From an uncultured Nitrososphaeraceae archaeon (GTDB lineage: Archaea; Thermoproteota; Nitrososphaeria; Nitrososphaerales; Nitrososphaeraceae): a stretch of DNA of 35,935 nt. The stretch lies in assembly GCA_963837175.1 (NCBI GenBank), contig CAWIMJ010000015.1, forward strand, positions 1-35,935, given 5' to 3'. The notes under the pieces were generated by a model. That model was not told where the DNA came from. It did no database searches and saw nothing but the letters and a program-made list of their open reading frames with translations. The position numbers were made by a program, and so were the translations under genes. Below, piece after piece: positions 9,611-19,080 of this stretch (position 1 is the stretch's first letter; the number at the start of each line of letters is the position of its first letter).

Positions 9611-9644
9611 TTATAGATAGTGTCAAGATGGTTATAGATAGTGT
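9611..9644 (+). repeat. 13-bp perfect direct repeat, 21-bp period
   Basis: TTATAGATAGTGT at 9611 and 9632, upstream of 8518..9489. Confidence 0.6.
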
Positions 9645-9770
9645 TTAGTGATTGTTATATCACAAGATGTGGGAAATTCACCTATCCTCTTTCTAATCCT
9701 ATCATCTAGAAGATTAACATTCTCATTTTCTTTTACTGCTCCGGTCGATTGTGTGTAACTGTTACTGGAA

Positions 9771-9923
9771 TGTGCACATCTTAAATAATTACATTCCCAT
9801 AACTTGACCTTATGGAAAGTGCAAAGGATTTTATAGATAGGTCAGACGCAGAGCTGATAAAATCCTACTTGTTGGGAGGAGTACCTGATATGTCACACGT
9901 AGATGGAGTTGACGATGGCGTAG
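9771..9923 (+). repeat. Duplicated promoter/RBS/5' end of the 26844 gene
   Basis: Homologous to about 26718..26877. The 39-bp core CTGATATGTCACACGTAGATGGAGTTGACGATGGCGTAG is identical (9885-9923 = 26839-26877). Confidence 0.85.
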
Positions 9924-9964
9924 ACTCCGTCATATGGAAATCTTTTATAGTTATCACCATATCC

Positions 9965-10119
9965 AATGCCACTTTTATCGCAATAAATATGTGTCCTGAG
10001 CTTGAAGGATCGACATTAAATCTTACCCCAACTAATAAACCATTAGTATCTATCACAGAAATTGTATTTGTACCAGTTTGGTTAACATATACATCATTAA
10101 TAGATGAGTCAACCATCAT
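9965..10119 (-). pseudogene. YVTN/YncE beta-propeller shard
   Basis: VDSSINDVYVNQTGTNTISVIDT is one YVTN-type repeat. Confidence 0.55.
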
Positions 10120-10179
10120 AAAACTTGCTGCATGGAAAAGCTTAGTTGGGCTAATGGAGTCAAATTATATAGACGCATT

Positions 10180-10263
10180 GACGATGGAAAGCTGTATACC
10201 TAAATCTACCTAGTCTACTTAAGAGTTTATAGCTATCAATATGTTATTTAGTTATCGTAGCAT
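10180..10263 (+). promoter_or_regulatory. Conserved promoter of RHH-like gene (copy 1)
   Basis: 76/84 identical to 16919..17002; TTTATA box preceded by three TAC(C/T)T repeats about 10 bp apart. Confidence 0.7.
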
Positions 10264-10674
10264 ATGGATGCTTTAAATCAAAATAACAACAAGAAACTAA
10301 CAAAGGTACTCTCAACAAAACTATCAGTAGAAGATTATAATTCATTTGTTATACTAACCAAGATTGAATATGAAGCTGGATTAATAAAAGAAGAAAGTAC
10401 ATCAGAATTATTACGATTTACTATAAGACATATACTAAAGCAAGCTCATAATCAACCTGAATATCTTATACTCGTACAAGAGCAACAGCAACATCAGAAG
10501 CAAGTTCAAAACAATCAGCAGAAACAACAGCTTCATAATCAAGTTATTCTACCGTCACCTCCTCCTACTTCTATTGCTTATCATCAAAGTCAAGTTCATA
10601 ATATATCTCGTACAAACAATTTCATTGGTCAGAAAATGTCACCATGGAAATTATCATCATTACTATCACGCTAA
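10264..10674 (+). CDS. Ribbon-helix-helix-like protein with Gln/Pro-rich tail (copy 1)
   Basis: KVLSTKL strand, SVEDYNSF helix and STSELLRFTIRHIL helix; paralogues at 17003 and about 20062. Confidence 0.7.
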   Translation: MDALNQNNNKKLTKVLSTKLSVEDYNSFVILTKIEYEAGLIKEESTSELLRFTIRHILKQAHNQPEYLILVQEQQQHQKQVQNNQQKQQLHNQVILPSPPPTSIAYHQSQVHNISRTNNFIGQKMSPWKLSSLLSR

Positions 10675-10756
10675 TGAATCACCATACATTATAGTGATAA
10701 TGAGGTATGAAATGATCTACTAATCTTTAAAGACAGACGAAGATTTTCTAAACAGT

Positions 10757-11260
10757 ATGTCAAATAACTCAAATACTGTGTTAACTATGTTCTACATAGT
10801 TACATTCATTGTGTGTGTCTCACCTTTAGAAACTAATGCACTTAGCACATTTGATCAGACTGACAATATTGCTTTGGATAACATCCAGGCTTCCGATACC
10901 TCTAATCGCACAAGCGGTGGTCTTAATTCATGGGTATGTTTCACAGAATTCGGTCAGACAGATTGTAATGATATGTCAAATGCTTCAAGTACATATATAG
11001 GACTAGCAGCAGGAGCTGCAATTGGTGGAGGGATAAGCTGGTGGATTTATAACCGACAGAATAAGACTTCTCGTAAGCAAGATGATATTCTAGACTCCAT
11101 TAAGGAGATTGAACGAAAGAATAAAGAAATATTGACACATTTAGAGTCATATGCAAAACACCATGATTTAGTTTTAAAGAAAATACTTCACCTAGACGAA
11201 CACATAGAAGCATTAACCAAAAAGATCGAAAGTACAGCACAAGAAGATCCTCATTCCTGA
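10757..11260 (+). CDS. Signal-peptide + single-TM + coiled-coil hypothetical protein
   Basis: Hydrophobic N-terminus, TM segment YIGLAAGAAIGGGISWWIY, C-terminal heptads. Confidence 0.65.
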   Translation: MSNNSNTVLTMFYIVTFIVCVSPLETNALSTFDQTDNIALDNIQASDTSNRTSGGLNSWVCFTEFGQTDCNDMSNASSTYIGLAAGAAIGGGISWWIYNRQNKTSRKQDDILDSIKEIERKNKEILTHLESYAKHHDLVLKKILHLDEHIEALTKKIESTAQEDPHS

Positions 11261-11576
11261 GCAAAGGAATTTGTTAATCATCAAAGTATAGGACTACACC
11301 TTTAGTAACATCATTGCTTTAATTAATGATCCTAATGATGTTGGTAATTGTCGTGGCAAAGTATTTGAGCCATGATCCTTTAGCAGCCTGAGATTATTAC
11401 ATAGTCTTTAGCAAGAGCATTCCCAATCTATTTTAAGAAGAAGGATATTAAACAAGCAGTAAATCTTGCAACTGAGTGATTCAATACCATTTACTTGGTG
11501 ATTAAAAATGCTGCTAAATATTTAAGATAAAAACGGTCAACAACAATATAATATAGTTAATAAAAAATAAGGAAGG

Positions 11577-11681
11577 CTAGTTAGCAGCAATTAAAGCTGA
11601 TGCTTCTTGTGCTGAATCGACTAATGCTATTCCCAATCCGCCAGATATGAGAGCTCCTATGATTGCTAATAGTTTTCTCAT
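11577..11681 (-). CDS. 34-aa signal-peptide-only precursor MRKLLAIIGALISGGLGIALVDSAQEASA|LIAAN
   Basis: ATG at 11681, TAG at 11577. Basic n-region, hydrophobic h-region, polar c-region, A-S-A signal peptidase motif, 5-residue tail. T-rich terminator-like run follows the stop. Below the ORF-track length cutoff. Confidence 0.75.
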   Translation of the reverse strand: MRKLLAIIGALISGGLGIALVDSAQEASALIAAN

Positions 11682-12902
11682 TAACTAATTATGGGAAATC
11701 TACTACAAAAGTGTTATGGAGCGGAGATATTGACTCTTCAGCTGACGATGGTAGAATAGTGAGATATCATTGATGGTACTGAAAGAGATGGCGGACAAGG
11801 ACAAGTTCAATGAGACTGCCGAGAACATGATTTTTGCCCTGTCTTTAGAAAGATAGAATATAGCAATAAGCTACAAATGAAGAGACTAGATAAGGTTTCT
11901 ACACCAAAGAAAGTATTGTTCATAGAACTGAGTATATTGGTACTTGGAATTAGATTACTCGCCATAGGCCTTCAATCACCTGCGTTTTCATAACTACTCC
12001 AATGTGGATATGATCATGGGATGAACAACATACGTATCAAACAGAAGAAACTACATGTAATAATAATCAACCACAAATTTATAACGGTAATCAAGAGCAA
12101 GCAAAAGAATAGTAACAGCTATTGTCAACAAAATTGCAGCTTATTTTATAAATATTCAAAATCTATCAGATGCTGATTCTTTTAGTAAAATAAAGCAGTG
12201 GATTTTAAATAGTAAAACCAAAGGCCTGGGAATGGCTGTTTTTTCTAACTAAAACGTTTGTAATAAGATGTTAGAAAATAATAACTAATAAGAGTTATGA
12301 AGCAAAGAAAGATACACAAATCAATATAATATATACTCAGAATATGAGCAACAAAAAAGAGAAGTAGGATATTTTCATTAAATTTGTTTCATTTAACCTT
12401 CTTAACAGAAGAGTATTACGGCTGCAGGAATACCCTGAACTCTATTAATATCTGTTATTCTTGAATGTAGTAGATATGCGAATTTATGTTAGTTAGTATA
12501 TAATATAGAGAGTAGTAGAACTTATTTTATTAGTTTTAGTAGTTCTCCAATTTAGGCGCGCTGCCCAATTTCATGTGGTTATCAACAAAAGTAAGTGAGC
12601 TATAATTGCTTTTATTGTTCAGCAAAAATATTTTTCGACTAGGCGGTGCGAAGTAAGAAAACTAATAAACGCTTACCATTGAATTTAGAGGACTCTATAA
12701 AACATGAATGCGCAATAATAGAGCCGCGCGCCGACAGGAGAAAAGTTTGTTTTATGGTAAGTAGTTTTATTATTAGTTCTCTTTATTTTATATATTGACA
12801 AATTTGGTTGTGGCTGCAATGAAGAAGAGAGAAGAGAATAAAAAGAACAACCCAACGCAAATGAACCTGTAGTAGTTCGTTTCACAAATTCAATTAGTTA
12901 AT

Positions 12903-13484
12903 ATGGCTGGTATCTGCATAATCCAAGGAATAAGCAATTTGGATTCGAAGACTAGAAACAAAATTGTTATCTTAGGCACGGTATTTGGTTCTCTTCTATT
13001 GTCTTATAGTGCTACGGTATTTTTTATTCCGAACGCATATGCTATTAATAACACTGAGGCAATAGGAGGTCTAGCCGAAACTGTTGATTTAGGCAGTCCC
13101 TTTTATATTCAGCATTATCAGTCTGTTGTTGAAAAGCCACAATCCGAAGACGAGCCTGGAAACTTTACAGGCGAAGGGATACTCAATGGAAGCTTGAGCG
13201 TGAGTGCAATAGGGAATAGCACCGAAACCCTCAGAAATAATGACACAGTCTATATCCAAGGGAATGCAAAGTACTTTACTGATGATAACATGGACATGGC
13301 AAACTACAACTTCCAAGCGATAGGTAATTATCGTCCAGACGGTACTTTCGAAAGTAGGGGAGTGGCGATCTTTGATGATGTTGCTACTGGAAAACTCTCG
13401 GGTCTAAGCAATTCAGTTGCCATCTATAAGGACAGGATTGATACCAACGGAAACGGGACATTTCTTATGTGGCACTGGAAATAA
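12903..13484 (+). CDS. Secreted beta-rich hypothetical protein
   Basis: Signal peptide ending PNAYA; Gly/Asn/Thr-rich beta strands; ATGKLSGLSN motif; ends WHWK. Confidence 0.7.
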   Translation: MAGICIIQGISNLDSKTRNKIVILGTVFGSLLLSYSATVFFIPNAYAINNTEAIGGLAETVDLGSPFYIQHYQSVVEKPQSEDEPGNFTGEGILNGSLSVSAIGNSTETLRNNDTVYIQGNAKYFTDDNMDMANYNFQAIGNYRPDGTFESRGVAIFDDVATGKLSGLSNSVAIYKDRIDTNGNGTFLMWHWK

Positions 13485-13589
13485 GATATTGTGAAAACAA
13501 GAGAAATATTATTTATAGATGGACTGACTGTTAATATGGATCCTAGGTTGACTACCTGCTACATATGCAGCTAAAGTTTTCAAAAAGAC

Positions 13590-13832
13590 ATGGGATTTAA
13601 TTTTCATAGCATCAAATTTGAATCATGGGAAGGCTTTGAATATGCTCTGAGAGAAGAAAATAGAATTTTATTTGATAAGTTTATAGAAGAAAGCAAAAGA
13701 GAAGAATATGCTAATGCTGTTAATGCTAAAGGAAAATTATTTGCAACTGAAAGCTTGTTTATGGTTTTGATATTTCAACAGAAAAAAATGATTAGTCAAT
13801 TAATTGCAAAATTGTCAGAATATAAAAAATAA
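13590..13832 (+). CDS. Small helical 'NAKG' family protein
   Basis: ESWEGFEYALREENRILFD...AVNAKGKLFATESLFMVLIFQQ; paralogue of 28019 and more distantly 33643. Confidence 0.7.
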   Translation: MGFNFHSIKFESWEGFEYALREENRILFDKFIEESKREEYANAVNAKGKLFATESLFMVLIFQQKKMISQLIAKLSEYKK

Positions 13833-13864
13833 CAAAACCACTAATATATACATGAAGATAGAAA

Positions 13865-14035
13865 ATGGATAATAAAAAGAGGCAGAACAGAAGAAGATTT
13901 GAAGAAGAAGCATACTCATCATCAGTAGAAGATATGACTTTTATATCAGATTACTTTGCTTGGTGTGTCTATAAGCTTAAACGTAAAAAAAGAGAAGAAC
14001 AACAAGAAGAAGAGTACAATGCCTATGTAGAATGA
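13865..14035 (+). CDS. 56-aa hypothetical protein
   Basis: MDNKKRQNRRRFEEEAY...YNAYVE, starting about 30 bp after the 13590 gene. Confidence 0.4.
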   Translation: MDNKKRQNRRRFEEEAYSSSVEDMTFISDYFAWCVYKLKRKKREEQQEEEYNAYVE

Positions 14036-14066
14036 TAAATCATGCCTATTATTAGCCCATTTATGT

Positions 14067-14157
14067 TTAGATATTTTCTGGCTTAGAGATGAAAGTCTTG
14101 AAGATTCAAAAAACATTCCAGTGCCAGATAATATTGCAAAAGATATTGCAGAAAATT
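14067..14157 (+). pseudogene. hsdM: Type I R-M methyltransferase C-terminal shard
   Basis: LDIFWLRDESLEDSKNIPVPDNIAKDIAEN matches the characteristic HsdM C-terminal LDIFWL.DESL motif. Confidence 0.7.
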
Positions 14158-14227
14158 ATTCCTATAAATATTGCAGTTGCAGGCGCTTTAAGCTTACATC
14201 ATAGTATAACTCTTTAAGATACAAAAA

Positions 14228-14597
14228 ATGACGATATTAACTAGACAGGAAAGAGAAAGACTTGTACTAGAGCTTTACAACCTAGGTAAAACTTATCGTG
14301 AAATATCTAAAGAGGCAAGAATATCTCCACGTGATATAGGAGTTATTTTGAATAAGGTAGTTGAAGAGAAGAAGAAAGAAGGATTGAAGAGGAATAAAAC
14401 AAGAAGATAATACTGATGTTGAGAACAACGAAGAACAACAACTATCTCTATCGACCCAAGCATACAAACTCTTTTCTGAAGGTAAGACTCCATTAGAAGT
14501 AGCTATTGCATTAAACCTAAGAGAGTCAGAGGCAACTAAATTCTACAGAGAATATTGGAAGCTAAAACAACTACACAATCTGAATATGGTTTATGAA
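14228..14597 (+). pseudogene. HTH-coiled-coil family gene, 5' part
   Basis: LVLELYNLGKTYREISKEARISPRDI HTH, a frameshift, then LSTQAYKLFSEGKTPLEVAIALNL...WKLKQLHNLNMVYE; breaks off at 14597. Confidence 0.8.
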
Positions 14598-14647
14598 CTA
14601 ATGTTGTGAAGTATTGTTTAATAGAGTATCCAACACAAACAAAAAAG

Positions 14648-15442
14648 ATGAAAGTAGTATTGCTAGCAGGAGGTTTAGGATCAAGAGCCAAACCGTTTAG
14701 CGATTATTGTCCAAAGGCATTAATTCCAATCAATGGACGCCCAATAATTGACCATATTATAAGATATATTTCAAAATTCTCATTCATAAGCGAAATTCTC
14801 ATAGTTTGTGAATTTGATTCTCATGGAAAACAGATTATAAATTATTTTGAAGGAAAGGAATGTATCATTGACAAAAAAATTACATTCGTTGAAGACAAAA
14901 AGAAAGGAACCGGCGGGTCACTGCTAGAATGTCAGGAAAAGTTAAAAGATGATCCTGTATTTTTAGTATGGTTCTCGGATAATCTATGTGCACTAAATCT
15001 TGATAAAATTGTTGTTGAATATAGCAAAATAAATAGTTTAAACAAAGATAATGATGCTATTGGATTATTAATTGCTAGAAAAAAAAGACATGAAGAAACT
15101 GGCAGAGTAATATTAGATGAATATAGCAAAAGTAACATCAATTTGATAAAAGAATTTATTGAAAAACCGATAATAGAACTAGAATACCCTGAAGCAGCAG
15201 GGATATACATTTTTAACAATGGATTTTTGGATCTACTGAAACAAAAATCGAATGAGAAGGAGAGTTTTGACTTGTCGTCAGATATTTTATCTAAAATTGG
15301 TCATAATACAAAATCTAAATTTTACTGCTATCTTATAGATAGTAATGAGATAAACTGGGCAGATATAGAATCACCAACATATGTTGAAAGAAATAAGAAA
15401 GAGATCGACAGCATTATTTTACATATGGAATCAATTAAATAA
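14648..15442 (+). CDS. Sugar-phosphate nucleotidyltransferase
   Basis: VLLAGGLGSRAKP..PKAL.PING signature, GTGG, FIEKP, AGIYIF, WADI. Confidence 0.92.
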   Translation: MKVVLLAGGLGSRAKPFSDYCPKALIPINGRPIIDHIIRYISKFSFISEILIVCEFDSHGKQIINYFEGKECIIDKKITFVEDKKKGTGGSLLECQEKLKDDPVFLVWFSDNLCALNLDKIVVEYSKINSLNKDNDAIGLLIARKKRHEETGRVILDEYSKSNINLIKEFIEKPIIELEYPEAAGIYIFNNGFLDLLKQKSNEKESFDLSSDILSKIGHNTKSKFYCYLIDSNEINWADIESPTYVERNKKEIDSIILHMESIK

Positions 15443-15759
15443 AATATATACAAGGATATTCAGTATTTTTATTTAGTTCTTTTGATAATTTCTGCAATTT
15501 AATATGTTCGATGACATAATATATAATATATTAATATCAAATATTTAAAAATTAATAAACATCTAAAAAAGGCAAATCCTAACTTCCTAACCTTGGTTCT
15601 AGAGGATATTCAATAACTTGATTATAAATCTGCAAAGGTCTGAGAAAATATAATTAGTACGAAGAAAGTATAATGAACCCATTGTAGAAGAAAATCTGAC
15701 TCGATCAATTTTCGGGTGAGTAAAAAAATGCAATATAGTATTCCAAAGCTGCTTCTTTG

Positions 15760-16438
15760 GTAAAAAGCAACAGTCTTTGCAGAGAAAGGAAGAACTGATA
15801 ATATTTGGGCTTTCAATAGCATCCTCAAGTTTATACAATTACTCAAAGAACGCGTTGACCGTAAAGAAATAACTGCAGGAACAATACGCAACTACGTAAA
15901 AAGTATAAAGTTATTCTGTCAGATGGCAGACATTTCTATACCATGGGACAAAATTACAAGGGGTATTCCAAGGGGAAGAAGATACGCTGATGATAGAGCG
16001 CCAACATTAGATGAAATTAAAAAGATGTGTGAATATCCTGACAGGCGAATAAAACCACTTATCTACACTATGGTATCTTCAGGTATACGTGTTGGTGCTT
16101 GGGACTATTTGCATTGGGGAAATATTCAGCCTATCCAACAAGAAGGTAAAATTGTAGCATCAAGAATGATAGTTTATGCTGGTGAAGATGATTCCTATAT
16201 TACTTACATAACTCCATAGGCCTACCGAGCACTTGCAGAATGGATGAAGTATAGAGAAGAATCAGGAGAGATAATAACTGATAATAGCTGGGTTATGCGT
16301 GATCTATGGGATACGAGAGTTAAGATAAGTAAAGGGCTAATAACAATTCCAAAGATACTAACTGCTATAGGCGTAAAGAGATTGATGGAGCGCGCTATTT
16401 GGGCGCAAGGTTTGAGAAAGAAATTAGAACAGGAATAG
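15760..16438 (+). pseudogene. Tyrosine recombinase (second, non-SSV family), disrupted
   Basis: EITAGTIRNYVKSIKLFC, DDRAPTLDEI and SSGIRVGAW (Arg I). In-frame TAG at 16217-16219; truncated before the HxxR/Tyr motifs. Confidence 0.85.
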
Positions 16439-16770
16439 AGGAAGAAGACCCGTCTATACCTGCACATCCGTCACAAGCGTCACATCCGTCACCGATTGAA
16501 GAATGTCCTTCCGGTTCTTCATTACCGTCATCAGATAAAGACCATCGGCCTTCTACATCTCCTGCAATAGTCCCACCAAGTGAAGAAATATCACCATTTC
16601 AGCAACCACAACAGAAAGAACAAAAACAAAAACAGCAGCACAAGAAACTCGATTGCTTTTATTGTAATCAAGCTTATCCAGACGATAAGGAACGCATTAA
16701 GTATATAGGCATTGAACATCCAGGTAAAATGTTCTGGCCAACACCAGACGACTTTGAGAACCGTCTATAA
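16439..16770 (+). pseudogene. C-terminal fragment of a protein with C2H2-like zinc finger (possible Rep)
   Basis: Pro/Ser repeat region followed by CFYC-x12-Y(for H)-x4-HPG; fused out of frame to the integrase remnant. Confidence 0.45.
16450..16494 (+). repeat. Five tandem 9-bp repeats (CCGTCACAN consensus)
   Basis: CCGTCTATA CCTGCACAT CCGTCACAA GCGTCACAT CCGTCACCG. Confidence 0.7.
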
Positions 16771-16845
16771 TAATACGTTCATCAGTTAGATCTATAGATA
16801 CTCCCATTATCATCTATTTCATCTAGTAAATAATATCAATCAGTG

Positions 16846-16911
16846 TTTCCACACACTTTTACCCACAATATGACATACGAGTAAAGAATTTTCCACACAT
16901 TTTGACCCACA
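16846..16911 (+). repeat. 22-bp direct repeat pair, 44-bp period
   Basis: TTTCCACACACTTTTACCCACA (16846) and TTTCCACACATTTTGACCCACA (16890), 20/22 identical. Confidence 0.8.
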
Positions 16912-16918
16912 TTTGGTA

Positions 16919-17002
16919 GACGATGGAAAGCTGTATACCTAAATCTACCTGGTTTACCTAAGAGTTTATAGCTATCAATATGTAATTTACTTACAGTATC
17001 AT
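16919..17002 (+). promoter_or_regulatory. Conserved promoter of RHH-like gene (copy 2)
   Basis: 76/84 identical to 10180..10263. Confidence 0.7.
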
Positions 17003-17437
17003 ATGGATGTTGTAAATCAGAATAACAATAAGAAACTATCAAAGGTACTTTCAATGAAACTATCGATAGAGGACTATAATGCATTTCTTACGCTAACCAG
17101 GCTTGAATATCAAGCTGGATTAATTAAAGAAGAAAGCACATCAGAATTACTAAGATTTACAATCAGACATATTCTAAAGCAAGTTAATAATCAGCCTGAA
17201 TACCTTGTACTCAAACAACAAGAGCAACAACAGAAACAACCTCAAAACAATCAGCAGCAACAACTACAACTTCATAATCAGGTTATTCTACCGTCTCCTA
17301 CTACTGCTACTGCTTTTCATCAATGTCAAGTTTCTTCTAACATATCTCGTAGAAACAATTTAGTTGGTCAGAAAATGAATTCATGGAAATCATTACTGCT
17401 ATCAATCCAAAGAAATCAGCAGCATACATTGTGGTGA
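17003..17437 (+). CDS. Ribbon-helix-helix-like protein with Gln-rich tail (copy 2)
   Basis: Close paralogue of 10264..10674. Confidence 0.7.
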   Translation: MDVVNQNNNKKLSKVLSMKLSIEDYNAFLTLTRLEYQAGLIKEESTSELLRFTIRHILKQVNNQPEYLVLKQQEQQQKQPQNNQQQQLQLHNQVILPSPTTATAFHQCQVSSNISRRNNLVGQKMNSWKSLLLSIQRNQQHTLW

Positions 17438-17759
17438 TAATAATCTTTAATTTACCTACAAACTTTAAAGATAGCATAATATTTCTTTGGTAATCTCTTT
17501 TAATACGTAGACAGATAATAAGACTAATGAAAGCAAAATACAACTACGCTATACCCCTTAGTAGTGTAATATAATAAAATGGGTGAGATTTGACAAAATT
17601 GACGCGCTTGTAAATGCAAGGTATGGTCTGATTATAAGAAGAACGTTGGTCCAATATAGTTTTAGAGAATTTTGCTAATTGCAAAACAACTGGACAGATT
17701 ATTCAATTGATAGATCCATGGGAGTCTCAACTTTATACTGATTTGTAGAATATATAGAA

Positions 17760-18128
17760 TTAAGTTCGTATATGATTTAAACAATATGGTGGCAGCAGAC
17801 CGATAGGAGCTGATGATAACAATAACTTTTCAAATCTGTATTGTCTGTCTAGACGTGATTCGGAACTATCATTCATCTTCAGCGTTACAACTACACCATA
17901 AACGAACCATTCGTGATTAGAATCGTTATCTCTTACAAAACATCCACGATAGCCAAGAGTTGGAGGAGGAGAAGAAGAAAATTTATCTGTTGATGTTTCT
18001 AATAAATTCCAAATATTTTCCAATTTTTTGATTAGTTTTCTATTAACTGACCATGTTGGATCTGGTCGGCCAGAAAAAACAAAGGCACCTGCAATCCATT
18101 TTTCTTTCTTTCTAATTAATTTTGACAT
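17760..18128 (-). CDS. Stand-alone FSGRxxP...LGYRG domain protein
   Basis: Likely start ATG 18128 (MSKLIRKKEKW), overlapping the upstream gene by 17 bp. FSGRPDP and PP.LGYRG are shared with the N-terminus of 18112..18996. Confidence 0.7.
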   Translation of the reverse strand: MSKLIRKKEKWIAGAFVFSGRPDPTWSVNRKLIKKLENIWNLLETSTDKFSSSPPPTLGYRGCFVRDNDSNHEWFVYGVVVTLKMNDSSESRLDRQYRFEKLLLSSAPIGLLPPYCLNHIRT

Positions 18129-18996
18129 GACCATGCATGATAACCATGAATGTACAAAAATCTGTGTATGGTCCTCTATCAGCTGTGCGTGGATTTGAAA
18201 TTGTAACTCCACTATTATCTAAGTTTGTTACTGGAGTACTACCAGGTTTGTGTGTCCAATAACCATTTCTTCCTTTTCTATACCAGTGAAAATCCCAATC
18301 AGGTGCAATCACTAATGCTACTAAATGTCCTTCAGTTGGACATTTATTGTTTGCTCTAGGTGTATCTATAACTTCGTCAGCTTCAGCAGCAGGTTTTACG
18401 GAAGCACATGAAAATGAGGTATACATTGCACCAGCTGCAAGTCCAGGCTGGGCAAATGTATCACTCCTATAGTTAGCGGCATAATTATAACAATTATTAT
18501 TAAGTTGTTTTTGTCCTCCATCATTCCACCACTGGGGTTCATAAAGTGGTGCACATCTACATAAAATCCTAGAAGGCCAACGAATTGGCTTTACTTTGTA
18601 ATCTTTACGCAATTGGGCAAATCGTACAATCTCTTTCCTAACGAAGCTGGGAAAATTTCTTCCAAGGTTTATTCTGCGAATTGGTCCTTTTGTACTACAG
18701 AAAAAATCCTCATACTTTTCATCAGTAACACGATGGGCAAGCTTAGGACCAAATAAATCTCCGTTGACTAACCGAAAAATATTTGGAAGATCTTTTGACT
18801 TTGATTTATTACCCTTTTGTCTAAATATAAGTCCTCTATATCCAAGAATTGAGCTTGGGGGTTGTTTAATCTCATCTTTTCCTAGTTTGCGTGAAGGTTT
18901 TAGCCGTTCTAGTGTTTGTATAGCGTCATCTTCCTCTAATTCTATAACTGGATTTCTTCTTCCACTGAAAATATCAATTGTAATTTCAAGTTTCAT
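18112..18996 (-). CDS. Papain/transglutaminase-like Cys-His enzyme with N-terminal FSGR/LGYRG domain
   Basis: NNCYNYA (catalytic Cys), DFHWYR (His) and WTHKPG motifs. Confidence 0.7.
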   Translation of the reverse strand: MKLEITIDIFSGRRNPVIELEEDDAIQTLERLKPSRKLGKDEIKQPPSSILGYRGLIFRQKGNKSKSKDLPNIFRLVNGDLFGPKLAHRVTDEKYEDFFCSTKGPIRRINLGRNFPSFVRKEIVRFAQLRKDYKVKPIRWPSRILCRCAPLYEPQWWNDGGQKQLNNNCYNYAANYRSDTFAQPGLAAGAMYTSFSCASVKPAAEADEVIDTPRANNKCPTEGHLVALVIAPDWDFHWYRKGRNGYWTHKPGSTPVTNLDNSGVTISNPRTADRGPYTDFCTFMVIMHGHVKIN

Positions 18997-19080
18997 ATTG
19001 TTTTTGTCTATTTTCTAAAGATTTAAGCATTTTTTGTTTTAGTTCCTTAAATTAAACTAGGCCATAACTTTTTCCACATA

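Noticed and set aside
9812-10213. 133-aa plus-strand ORF
   Set aside because: Chance frame crossing three unrelated shards (duplicated promoter, antisense YVTN fragment, RHH promoter).
9909-16926. GACGATGG recurring at about 9911, 10180, 11744 and 16919 as a common element end
   Set aside because: Only 8 bp, and it also occurs inside coding sequence (FDDG near 32650); insufficient without statistics.
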